Below are positions 26,949-35,588 of a stretch of 64,000 nucleotides of DNA, piece after piece. The translations under genes were made by a program, and so were the position numbers. The notes beneath the pieces are model-generated. The model searched no databases. It was not told the origin of the DNA and worked only from the letters and a program-made list of their open reading frames with translations. Source of the stretch: Nanobdellota archaeon (GTDB lineage: Archaea; Nanobdellota; Nanobdellia; Parvarchaeales; Parvarchaeaceae); assembly GCA_021817165.1 (NCBI GenBank), contig JAKAVT010000003.1, positions 11,844 to 75,843 on the forward strand, written 5' to 3'. Positions within the stretch are counted from its first letter, which is position 1; every line of letters starts with the position of its first letter.

Positions 26949-27359
26949 TTATAATGAATTTCTCAAACTTATAAATTCTATTACAAGTATGGCCAACGCA
27001 ATTATCCCCAATCCAAGCGTATCAAAATTGGTTAAAACGGTTGCTTGGTTCAAGGTCAAAATAAAAATGAGCCCTACGATCGCTATAACCCCTAGGTCTA
27101 TAGCAAGTATCTTAAACCAGAATATTCTATTGTGCTTTAGTGCAGTCATCGACTTTGCTTTTGTTGATTTTGCACCGTCCATAAACCCTACTTCATAAGA
27201 GTTCAAAAGGATTATAAACCCCAAAAACCCATCGCTTATTCCAAGAATGAACGCAACTGGTTCATAAGGGGTCTGCAAACCTAAGTAACCAAGCGGTAAA
27301 AATCCAAGTGAAGCTAGTATGATGTATTTCCACTTTTTGATTAAGTTATTCATAATCAC
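26949..27359 (-). CDS. small 4-TM membrane protein, unknown function
   Basis: Hydrophobic helices throughout. Start overlaps the eS27 stop by 4 nt, so it is co-transcribed with the L44e-S27e pair. Confidence 0.5.
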   Translation of the reverse strand: MIMNNLIKKWKYIILASLGFLPLGYLGLQTPYEPVAFILGISDGFLGFIILLNSYEVGFMDGAKSTKAKSMTALKHNRIFWFKILAIDLGVIAIVGLIFILTLNQATVLTNFDTLGLGIIALAILVIEFISLRNSL

Positions 27360-27547
27360 GAATAATTTTCTATTACTTCTGCCAATATCTCAGCCTTTCC
27401 ACCGGTTGGTTTGGCAAGGACTTCATTACACACCAAACACCTTACCTCGGTAGAAGCTCTTGTAAAAATAACTTGTTCATTTTTGCATTTTGTGCATCTT
27501 ACTTTCGAAAATTTGCCTTCTGAAGGCCTGAATATGATTTCTTCCAT
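27356..27547 (-). CDS. rps27e: 30S ribosomal protein eS27
   Basis: 63 aa with a CTKC...CLVC zinc ribbon and VIFTRAST region. Confidence 0.95.
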   Translation of the reverse strand: MEEIIFRPSEGKFSKVRCTKCKNEQVIFTRASTEVRCLVCNEVLAKPTGGKAEILAEVIENYS

Positions 27548-27548
27548 T

Positions 27549-27842
27549 TTATTTTATCTCCAGTTTCTTTGCTTTTTTACCCCTTTTCTGGGTAGTCATC
27601 TTACCACATTTTGTACATTTATATCTTAAATCTATTCTCTTTGACTGCTTTATACCAAGTCTCTTTGCATGCTCAAACATCGGATAAGGCGTAGAACCAT
27701 AACCATGCTCAAGATTCCAGCCCTTCCTTCGGCTACCTGCTGTCAATGTTCCCCTCTGACCCCCTTTCACCTGCACTACTTTTTGCAGAGTGTGCTCTTT
27801 ACAGAATCTACAGTATCTTCTGACCTGACTTGGTAATTTCAT
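27549..27842 (-). CDS. rpl44e: 50S ribosomal protein eL42 (L44e)
   Basis: 97 aa with CRFCKEHT...CTKCGK zinc ribbon and GGQRGT region. Confidence 0.95.
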   Translation of the reverse strand: MKLPSQVRRYCRFCKEHTLQKVVQVKGGQRGTLTAGSRRKGWNLEHGYGSTPYPMFEHAKRLGIKQSKRIDLRYKCTKCGKMTTQKRGKKAKKLEIK

Positions 27843-27899
27843 TTAGTTTCAATAAATACCTTAGTATTTAACTTTTTCTATGTTTAAAATTACAATAAT

Positions 27900-27907
27900 T
27901 TTAAATT
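27900..27907 (+). promoter_or_regulatory. TATA box for the sedolisin gene
   Basis: TTTAAATT, then 21 nt, then ATG 27929. Identical 8-mer and near-identical spacing to acnA (21 nt) and sdhA (20 nt). Confidence 0.45.
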
Positions 27908-27928
27908 TACTTGCTGTTTTATTAGCGT

Positions 27929-30349
27929 ATGCACAAAATAACTCTGCTGATCGTTTTAATGGCCTTTTTATTTTCTATTTCGATTACGCACGCATCCCAG
28001 GGGATAAACCTGAATTTCCAGGAAATGCCCCTTCAAACGCAGGCTTGTAATTACCTGTCTCCCCTGGATTTGAGCACTGCTTACAATTTTTTACCGCTGT
28101 ACAATGAAAATATAACAGGTAGCGGGCAAGCAATTGCAATAGTGGTAGCGCATGGCGATCCAAACCTGCAGCAGGATATAAACGCTTTTGACTCATACTA
28201 CGGCCTGAATGCGCTTACAAACGGATCGAACCTTGTAATAGAAAAACCTTTTGGAAGCTCAAGTTCTTATCCAGTTAACTGGACATATGAAACTGCTTTG
28301 GACGTAGAATTGGCCCACTCTCTTGCACCGGATGCAAAGATATATTTGATAATAGCTCCAAACGACTCCTGGCTTTTCCAAACGGTAAATTATACAATAA
28401 ACAAGGTGTCTGCAGATACAATTTCGCTCAGCTGGGGCTCGTCAGAGCTTGATTACAGCCAGCAAAACATAAACTACGTAAACCAGATGCTTGAATATGC
28501 GCAGTCAAAGGGGATAAATATATTCGTAGCAAGTGGAGACAGTGGAGCATATAATTCTTACAATACTCCAAATGTAAACTTTCCTGCCTCAAGCCCTGAT
28601 GTTATAGCCGTAGGTGGAACTACTCTGTCCGTATACTCAAATGGAAGTTATAAATCCGAAATCGGCTGGAATGGCAGCGGAGGCGGTCAAAGTCAGTTTT
28701 TTACCAGGCCAGTGTTTCAACCAGCAATAAGTTCTTATCGGCTAGTGCCTGATGTAGCATTTAATGCAGGTACTCCCATTTGTGTATATGCTAATTCCGG
28801 TTGGCTTGGACTTTATGGTACGAGCTTGGCTGCGCCGTCATGGGCCGCAATAGCTTCGTTACTAAATCAAAATATACACGGAGAGGAAGGATATCTTAAC
28901 AGCCATTTATATAGTATATTCAACAGCATTGGAAATCTTGTTTTCAACAGCATAACCAGTGGCTGCAATGGATTATACTGCGCAGACGGAGGGTATAATG
29001 AAGTTACTGGATTGGGCTCCCCGAAAGTATATCAACTCGTAGAAGCGCTTTCAAATACGACTTATGCGGTATATTTCAATGACCCTGTTAATGGAGTTTT
29101 CAGCGTGAACGGCAAAAACTATACGAAACCGACGGCTTTAAAATTCGCGTTTGGCCAAAAGATAACTCTTACGGCTTATTCTGAGAACGGCAGTTTAAAC
29201 GAGAAAGTCCTTTTTACGTCATTCTCAGGGCTTGAAAACTCCAATAATAAAACAATTTCGTTTTTTGTAAACCAGTCTGGAACCATAAACATCGGATTTT
29301 CTGTCTACTTCCTTATAAATGAATATTATTACAACGGAATAAACAACAAAAGCGAGTACATTAAGAACGGGAGCATTTTTAGCATATCCGCACAAAAACT
29401 AGAAAATTATTCTGGGTACCAGGAAGTACTGCTCGGCTTCAGAGTAGACGATGGAACCTTATTGCAGATTTACAATTATCCTATACAAGTGCTGTCCCCT
29501 TTAAATGTAAGCTTTTCGTGGAACGAGAACCTTAAAGCAAATTTTAATTTTGTAAACGGAACGGAGGGTTTATTCACTAACGTATCCTATTACTCAAATA
29601 TACCCTTATCGAACAAAATCAAAAAAGTTTCTTCAATAATAACCAACGGCAGCTATGTATATTCCACAAACGATTCCAAGTTTTACATACAGGAACTGCC
29701 TCAGATAATAAACGGAAACAGGTATGTCACGTCAAACTTGACTGAAAGGTTTAACAGTAATATCCACATCTATTTCGTAAAGGAATATAATTATACAATA
29801 AACTTTTTATCAAAGCAAGGTGCAGTGGTTAAGCCTTCTTATTTTTACATATCTTTCGAAAATCTTACTGAAAAATACCAGAATTATTACATCTGGGCGC
29901 CTAAAAACGCCAAAATTACAATTAAAAATGCTAGCTATGATGGAGTAAATTTAAACGTAAGCGAATCTTTGCAGACAAATCAGCAAAATAACTTAAATAT
30001 CACTTTGCCTGTATCCAACATCAACATAAAAATTGTAACAATATTGGGTATACCTGTGGTAGGTGCGAGCGTAACTATAGCCGTTAACAACGAATCATTT
30101 AGCAATTATACTGACTTGTTAGGCGGGGTGGTCTTTACAAATCTTCCACAAAAAACGTATAATGCCACTGTAAACGCTTATAATTCAAAATTCTTCTTCT
30201 ATAATCTTAATGCACTTTCGAGCACTTTATCCATCACTGCGGGCTTGTATGAGTTATACATAATTATAGGAGTTATAATGGCCATTTTAGCAATCCTGCT
30301 TTTATTCGAGCGTATAAGACGCGAAAAACGCGGCAAGAAACATAAATAA
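27929..30349 (+). CDS. sedolisin (peptidase S53) with a long C-terminal beta-sandwich region and a TM anchor; no recognisable prodomain
   Basis: Signal peptide. ETALDVELAHSLAP (Glu/Asp of the triad), ISLSWG, ASGDSGA and GTSLAAPSWAA (Ser) motifs. C-terminal GIPVVGASVTI...GGVVFTNLPQKTYNATV (carboxypeptidase-regulatory-like), TM and basic tail. Confidence 0.85.
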   Translation: MHKITLLIVLMAFLFSISITHASQGINLNFQEMPLQTQACNYLSPLDLSTAYNFLPLYNENITGSGQAIAIVVAHGDPNLQQDINAFDSYYGLNALTNGSNLVIEKPFGSSSSYPVNWTYETALDVELAHSLAPDAKIYLIIAPNDSWLFQTVNYTINKVSADTISLSWGSSELDYSQQNINYVNQMLEYAQSKGINIFVASGDSGAYNSYNTPNVNFPASSPDVIAVGGTTLSVYSNGSYKSEIGWNGSGGGQSQFFTRPVFQPAISSYRLVPDVAFNAGTPICVYANSGWLGLYGTSLAAPSWAAIASLLNQNIHGEEGYLNSHLYSIFNSIGNLVFNSITSGCNGLYCADGGYNEVTGLGSPKVYQLVEALSNTTYAVYFNDPVNGVFSVNGKNYTKPTALKFAFGQKITLTAYSENGSLNEKVLFTSFSGLENSNNKTISFFVNQSGTINIGFSVYFLINEYYYNGINNKSEYIKNGSIFSISAQKLENYSGYQEVLLGFRVDDGTLLQIYNYPIQVLSPLNVSFSWNENLKANFNFVNGTEGLFTNVSYYSNIPLSNKIKKVSSIITNGSYVYSTNDSKFYIQELPQIINGNRYVTSNLTERFNSNIHIYFVKEYNYTINFLSKQGAVVKPSYFYISFENLTEKYQNYYIWAPKNAKITIKNASYDGVNLNVSESLQTNQQNNLNITLPVSNINIKIVTILGIPVVGASVTIAVNNESFSNYTDLLGGVVFTNLPQKTYNATVNAYNSKFFFYNLNALSSTLSITAGLYELYIIIGVIMAILAILLLFERIRREKRGKKHK

Positions 30350-30375
30350 AAGCCTGAAGCAATATAATAGTAATA

Positions 30376-32616
30376 ATGGAATTAAAAACCAAGGATTATT
30401 CTATTTCAAGAGAAGAAGGGGAAATAGGGCTTACATACAAAGTGCCTTTGGATGTACTTTACCCAAATCCGGAAGACAATGAAGATATCTTTGAAAAAAT
30501 AGTCAACGCGATAATAGAGTCTGGGGACATAACATTGCTTACAATAGTGAGCGACAGGAATTATATATACACGAAAGACCAGACAAGCCTGTTGAATGAC
30601 CTTGCAAATAAATACAAAGCCATGCTAGAATCAGATTTGTCAAAGCCGTTTGACGGTGACACTCAGAAAAACTTTCCAGAAGAAGTTTCAAAATTTAATT
30701 ACATATTATTTAACCGGCTAAAAAGAGATCCGTTGGGTGCATACGTATTAGGATTAAGATTTTTAAGGGAATTCAAAGTGAAACAGGAAAATTCCGGCTC
30801 GCAATTATTCTCAGATTTTCTGGAAAGGTTTTCAAGTCTAATTTCGCAGATCTCCGAGATTAAGATAGTAAACAAGAACTTAAACCTTATCTTAGGGTAT
30901 AAAATAGGAGATAGACAGCCTTACCGGGCAATATTCAAGCCGCTTATCAGGCCAAATTTTACGTACACCAGAATAATGTCGGAACCGCCTCTTTCGGCGG
31001 TAGAAATGGAGAATTATAAACTGGGAGATGAAGATCAGACTGAAGTAACCATATACCAAATACCTGGAATGTCACAGTATCTGTATCACCTTTCTCCGCC
31101 GGAATTACTGCTTAACGTGGAGGAATATGACATATTAGACCAGGTAAGGAACAACTTGATAGATTATAGGCCCCAGGAAAATGAGTTCACTGATCCGCTT
31201 AGGATGAGAGATGTTTTCTTCAAGATAAGCAAAGACATGATAGCGGAAATAAGCACTAGAAATGGATATAGTCTAAGTTTTAAAGACATCGACAAGCTTG
31301 CAAGGATACTTGTTAGGCTTACCGTTGGTTTTGGCATGACGGAAATAGTGCTATCCGATGAAATGGTAGAAGATGTATACATAAATTCTCCAATAAGCAA
31401 ATCGCCCATTTTTGTCAAACATTCTAAATATGGAGAATGCGCTTCAAACATCATACCGAATGCAAAGGAAGTCGATGCGTGGTCTTCCAGATTTAGATTA
31501 ATGTCTGGGAGGGCTTTGGACGAAGGACATCCCGTGCTGGACACAGAATTAATAACCGACTTGTTCAGATCAAGGGTAGCAATAGCACAGCGCCCACTTT
31601 CGCCGGAGGGGATAAGCATAGCATTTAGAAGACACCGGGAAAAGCCCTGGACGATACCTTTGTTTATAAATAATAAGATGATCTCTCCTTTAGCGGCTGG
31701 ATTGCTTTGGTTCTGTGTAGAAGGAGCAAGAACAATATTAATAAGTGGCACGCGTGGAGCAGGTAAAACGTCCATGTTAACTGCATTGATGCTGCTCCTG
31801 ATGAAAAGATACAGGATAATAACGGTTGAGGACACTTTGGAGATTCCAACGGACTCATTTACTAAATTGGGTTATGACATGCTATCGTTAAAGGTGCAAA
31901 GTGCTATCACCGGAGAAAGGGCAGAAATGAGCGCGGATGAAGGCATAAGAACAACATTGAGACTGGGTGATAGTTCGTTAATTGTTGGGGAGGTAAGAAG
32001 CACGGAAGCCAAAGCATTGTACGAGGCAATGCGCGTTGGCGCGCTTTCCAATACAGTTATGGGTACAATACATGGTGAAAACCCGTATGGTGTTTTTGAT
32101 AGAGTAGTAAACGACCTTAACGTTCCAAGGACAAGTTTTAAAGCGACCGATTTAATAGTTTCAGTAAACAAAATCAGAACGGAAGACAGATTAAGCGAAA
32201 GAAGACGCGTGCTTAATATAACTGAAGTAAGAAAAGATTGGACGGAAGACCCGCAATATGAAAATGGATTCGTAGACTTGGTAAATTATGACATACACAA
32301 AGATAGCCTTGAACCATCGAACGACTTACTGGAAGGGAATAGCTACGTAATAAAGGAAATAGCCTCAAAAGTAGAAGATTGGGCCGGAAACTGGGATGCC
32401 GTGCTTGAGAACATAAGAGCTAGGGGGGACATACTCAAAGCTATCTCAGACCATGCAGATAAGGTTAAAAACCCGTCGGTATTGGAAGCGGAATTTACTT
32501 CTGCTGCAATAGACCAGTATTATGACATAATAAGCAGATTACGAGAAGAATATGGAACTGCTGAAAGAAAAAGCATTGTGAACTTGTTTGAATTATGGCT
32601 AAGAAGCAAAAAGTAA
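30376..32616 (+). CDS. type II/IV secretion-family ATPase (archaeal FlaI/ArlI/PilB-like), long form
   Basis: GTRGAGKTS Walker A, IITVEDTLEI Asp box, LIVGEVRSTEA Walker B, GTIHGEN His box. 746 aa. Confidence 0.9.
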   Translation: MELKTKDYSISREEGEIGLTYKVPLDVLYPNPEDNEDIFEKIVNAIIESGDITLLTIVSDRNYIYTKDQTSLLNDLANKYKAMLESDLSKPFDGDTQKNFPEEVSKFNYILFNRLKRDPLGAYVLGLRFLREFKVKQENSGSQLFSDFLERFSSLISQISEIKIVNKNLNLILGYKIGDRQPYRAIFKPLIRPNFTYTRIMSEPPLSAVEMENYKLGDEDQTEVTIYQIPGMSQYLYHLSPPELLLNVEEYDILDQVRNNLIDYRPQENEFTDPLRMRDVFFKISKDMIAEISTRNGYSLSFKDIDKLARILVRLTVGFGMTEIVLSDEMVEDVYINSPISKSPIFVKHSKYGECASNIIPNAKEVDAWSSRFRLMSGRALDEGHPVLDTELITDLFRSRVAIAQRPLSPEGISIAFRRHREKPWTIPLFINNKMISPLAAGLLWFCVEGARTILISGTRGAGKTSMLTALMLLLMKRYRIITVEDTLEIPTDSFTKLGYDMLSLKVQSAITGERAEMSADEGIRTTLRLGDSSLIVGEVRSTEAKALYEAMRVGALSNTVMGTIHGENPYGVFDRVVNDLNVPRTSFKATDLIVSVNKIRTEDRLSERRRVLNITEVRKDWTEDPQYENGFVDLVNYDIHKDSLEPSNDLLEGNSYVIKEIASKVEDWAGNWDAVLENIRARGDILKAISDHADKVKNPSVLEAEFTSAAIDQYYDIISRLREEYGTAERKSIVNLFELWLRSKK

Positions 32617-34712
32617 AGGAAACGATACCAACTGTAAGGATAGACAAAAACTTTATAAACAATTATTATACAAAAGAAAACTTGGTCCAGAGTGACCTAT
32701 ACAAAAAGGACGAAAATGTGCGGGAGGAATTAAGGTCCCTTGAATACAAGATATTCAAGGAAAAAAATCCGACAAACTTTTCAAAAATAATAAATTTTGG
32801 AGCCAATACAATAGGCAAAGTAGTAAAATTTAACATAAACAAGGACCAAGAAAAGAAGATAAACACGCTTCTTTATCTGTTAGGGTACGATTTTGACGCA
32901 AAGCAGCTATACGGTTTCGGAATATTCATGCTTGTAGCTTTGATGCTTTTAGGAGTAATATTGTTGATTTTTGGGCAGGTAATAGCAGGACTTGTGCTCA
33001 TGTTTTTAGGAGTACTGTCATTTGTGGGGGTACAGCTATTTCCCCAGCAACAGATGACTGTTAGATTAAGTAAGTCCTCCAGCGACTTGGTCACAATGAT
33101 ACTTTATATGGTTATATTCATGAGACAAACCCCTAATTTAGAAGGTGCGGTGCAATTTGCTTCCGATAACCTTACAAGTTATTTGGCCCTTGATTTAAAG
33201 AAGTTGATTTGGGACACGGCTGCGAGAAAATACAATAACATAAAGGAAGCTTTGGACGACTATTCAAAAAGATGGTCAAAATCAAGTCCTGCGTTCACAG
33301 ATGCGCTTTTCCTCATAGAAAGTTCTACCTCACAAGAAACTGAAGAAGCAAGATTGGGCCTTTTAGATGAGGCCTCAGACAGGATACTCGGAGGAACATT
33401 TGAAGCCATGACAAAATATGCGTCATCTTTGAAAGAGCCGCTTAATACAATATATATGATAGGTATGGTACTGCCAGTTCTTGGGTTAGTGCTTGCGCCC
33501 ATGCTTATGGCATTCGTAGCCGTTCCTGACTTTGGAGTGCTTCTGGCCTTAATGTACGATGTTGGTTTGCCTTTGATGGTTTATTTTCTGATAAGGAACA
33601 AATTGCTTACTAGGCCAAGTGGATTTGGCGCGCCGGATATAAACAACATACCAAACATACCTAAAGTTGGCAGCTTTTTTATAAAAATGGGAAAGAAAAA
33701 TATAAGCATAAGTGCGCTTTTGCCGGCTATACTTATATTCGTGCTTTTCATGCTTCCGGTCTACTTCCTTTATCCTCTACTGTTAAAATTCGGGCCAACG
33801 CAGATATACGTTTCAATGTTCATAACTGCTGCGATAGGATTTTCCATAGTAGTTTATCTTAAACTTTCCGTTATACAGCTTAAAGAAACGGAGGAAGAAT
33901 TAACCTCAATAGAAGCATCTTTTGGTGCTGCAATGTCACAAATGAGCTCCTTCCTTGCTCAAGGCTACCCACCTGAAGCTACCTTGGTAAAAGTCGAAGA
34001 AAACATGAAAGGCACACCTGTATCCGAGTTTTTTGATGTAACCATCAACAACATCAGAAAATTAGGTATGTCTTTAAAGGATGCTTTTTTCAACGCAACG
34101 AACGGTTCTACCCGCTTTTTCCCATCTCCGATGATTCTCGCATCCACAAAAATTTTCTTGTCTTCTGCAGCAAAAAGTGTGAGAAATGCTTCGGTGGCCA
34201 CGTCTTATGTTTCAAAACACCTCGCAAATCTACGAAGAATAGAAGAACAAGTACGTTCGCTACTGGAAGAGGTTACTTCGGGCATGCGGGTAGAAGTAGG
34301 GCTAATAAGCCCTGCAATGGCAGGAATAGTAGTGGGTTTGACAACTTTGATAGGAACTGTGCTTACTTCACTTTCTGGTAGCATAAGTTCAATACAAAGC
34401 GCTGCAAGCACATCTTCAAGCGGTGGTGTTTCGTCTGTGGTCCCATTTGCATTCAGTTTATTTAATTTAAGCGGAGGAGCAATACCTTTGTATACTTTCC
34501 AGGTTATAATAGGGATATACCTTGTAAGCCTAAGCCTGATAATAGGATATGCCGTGTCAACAATTTCGCAGCCCGGAGACAGGATATTAATGAGAGACAC
34601 TATGGCATCAATGCTGCTTATATCGATGGTACTGTACATCTTAATAGCATTTATAGTGACATTGGTGTTTGCATCGGTAGGTGGATTGGTAATAAGCGCA
34701 ACGCACATTTAG
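32595..34712 (+). CDS. FlaJ/ArlJ/TadC-like polytopic membrane platform protein, long form
   Basis: 705 aa with about 9 TM helices in two blocks separated by soluble helical segments. Overlaps the ATPase gene by 22 nt, the canonical ATPase-platform pairing. Confidence 0.7.
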   Translation: MAKKQKVKETIPTVRIDKNFINNYYTKENLVQSDLYKKDENVREELRSLEYKIFKEKNPTNFSKIINFGANTIGKVVKFNINKDQEKKINTLLYLLGYDFDAKQLYGFGIFMLVALMLLGVILLIFGQVIAGLVLMFLGVLSFVGVQLFPQQQMTVRLSKSSSDLVTMILYMVIFMRQTPNLEGAVQFASDNLTSYLALDLKKLIWDTAARKYNNIKEALDDYSKRWSKSSPAFTDALFLIESSTSQETEEARLGLLDEASDRILGGTFEAMTKYASSLKEPLNTIYMIGMVLPVLGLVLAPMLMAFVAVPDFGVLLALMYDVGLPLMVYFLIRNKLLTRPSGFGAPDINNIPNIPKVGSFFIKMGKKNISISALLPAILIFVLFMLPVYFLYPLLLKFGPTQIYVSMFITAAIGFSIVVYLKLSVIQLKETEEELTSIEASFGAAMSQMSSFLAQGYPPEATLVKVEENMKGTPVSEFFDVTINNIRKLGMSLKDAFFNATNGSTRFFPSPMILASTKIFLSSAAKSVRNASVATSYVSKHLANLRRIEEQVRSLLEEVTSGMRVEVGLISPAMAGIVVGLTTLIGTVLTSLSGSISSIQSAASTSSSGGVSSVVPFAFSLFNLSGGAIPLYTFQVIIGIYLVSLSLIIGYAVSTISQPGDRILMRDTMASMLLISMVLYILIAFIVTLVFASVGGLVISATHI

Positions 34713-35570
34713 TTAATGTCTATTTTTAAGCTCATTTAAAGAAACTAAATCGATTATCAGCTTTGCTGCAAGTATTTCTGTTATATTGTTGTCACTTAAT
34801 GGTCGGGTTTCCATTACGTCCATACCAACTAAAGCCGAGTTTCGGATTATGGCAGAAGCATAATTAAGAAAATCACTGTAAAGTATCCCATTTGGCTGCG
34901 GTGTTCCAACACCTGGTGCTATGGAAGGATCAAAAACATCCATGTCAATGCTAATGTAAACTTTTTTACCTCTTATTAAATTAATCAAGGAATTGAGGCT
35001 TTTATCATCGTTTATTTTGTCCTTTGTTATTACTAACAATTTTCTCTTTATCAGTTCTTCTTTTTCCTCCAAATTCAAGCTTCTTACCCCTACAAGAGAA
35101 ACATTGTTTCTAAGATTAACCAACCTTGCATTACTGGCATGGTTTATCTCAAGCTTTAAATAATCTGGCTTGAAATCAGCATGCGCATCAAATATTACAA
35201 ATTCAACGTCTTCTCCGAAAGCCAACGAAGCACCGTATGTTGCAGTGTGCTCTCCGCCTATCAATATTGGTATTTTACCTGCAGAGACAATATCAGAAGT
35301 GCTTAAATTTATTATCTCCATCGCATTTCTTATATCTCCGCTTAATTCAAGTTCGTTAAGCGTAAATATCTTATCTTTCAGTTCGTAATTCAGCTCAAAA
35401 TCGTAATTTTCCAGCGAACGCGATGCCTCGATAACGGACCTTGGCCCGAATTTAGTTCCTTTAAGGTATGTAGTTGTTACATCTAAGGGCACAGGGACTA
35501 TAGTATACTTAGAGTCGTTAAAGCTCACTACCTCCTCCAAAAATGAGTCCCTACCTTCGTTTAAAAGCAT
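34713..35570 (-). CDS. speB: agmatinase/arginase-family ureohydrolase
   Basis: GGEHTATYG, FDAHADF and SIDMDVFDP Mn-binding motifs. Confidence 0.85.
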   Translation of the reverse strand: MLLNEGRDSFLEEVVSFNDSKYTIVPVPLDVTTTYLKGTKFGPRSVIEASRSLENYDFELNYELKDKIFTLNELELSGDIRNAMEIINLSTSDIVSAGKIPILIGGEHTATYGASLAFGEDVEFVIFDAHADFKPDYLKLEINHASNARLVNLRNNVSLVGVRSLNLEEKEELIKRKLLVITKDKINDDKSLNSLINLIRGKKVYISIDMDVFDPSIAPGVGTPQPNGILYSDFLNYASAIIRNSALVGMDVMETRPLSDNNITEILAAKLIIDLVSLNELKNRH

Positions 35571-35588
35571 ATTACTTTCAACACTCTC

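Noticed and set aside
31164-31835. 223-aa ORF antisense to the FlaI-like ATPase. The same applies to 31872-32171 and 34205-34708, antisense to the ATPase and FlaJ-like genes.
   Set aside because: The opposite-strand products have unambiguous Walker and TM architecture. The antisense ORFs have low-complexity composition and no start context.
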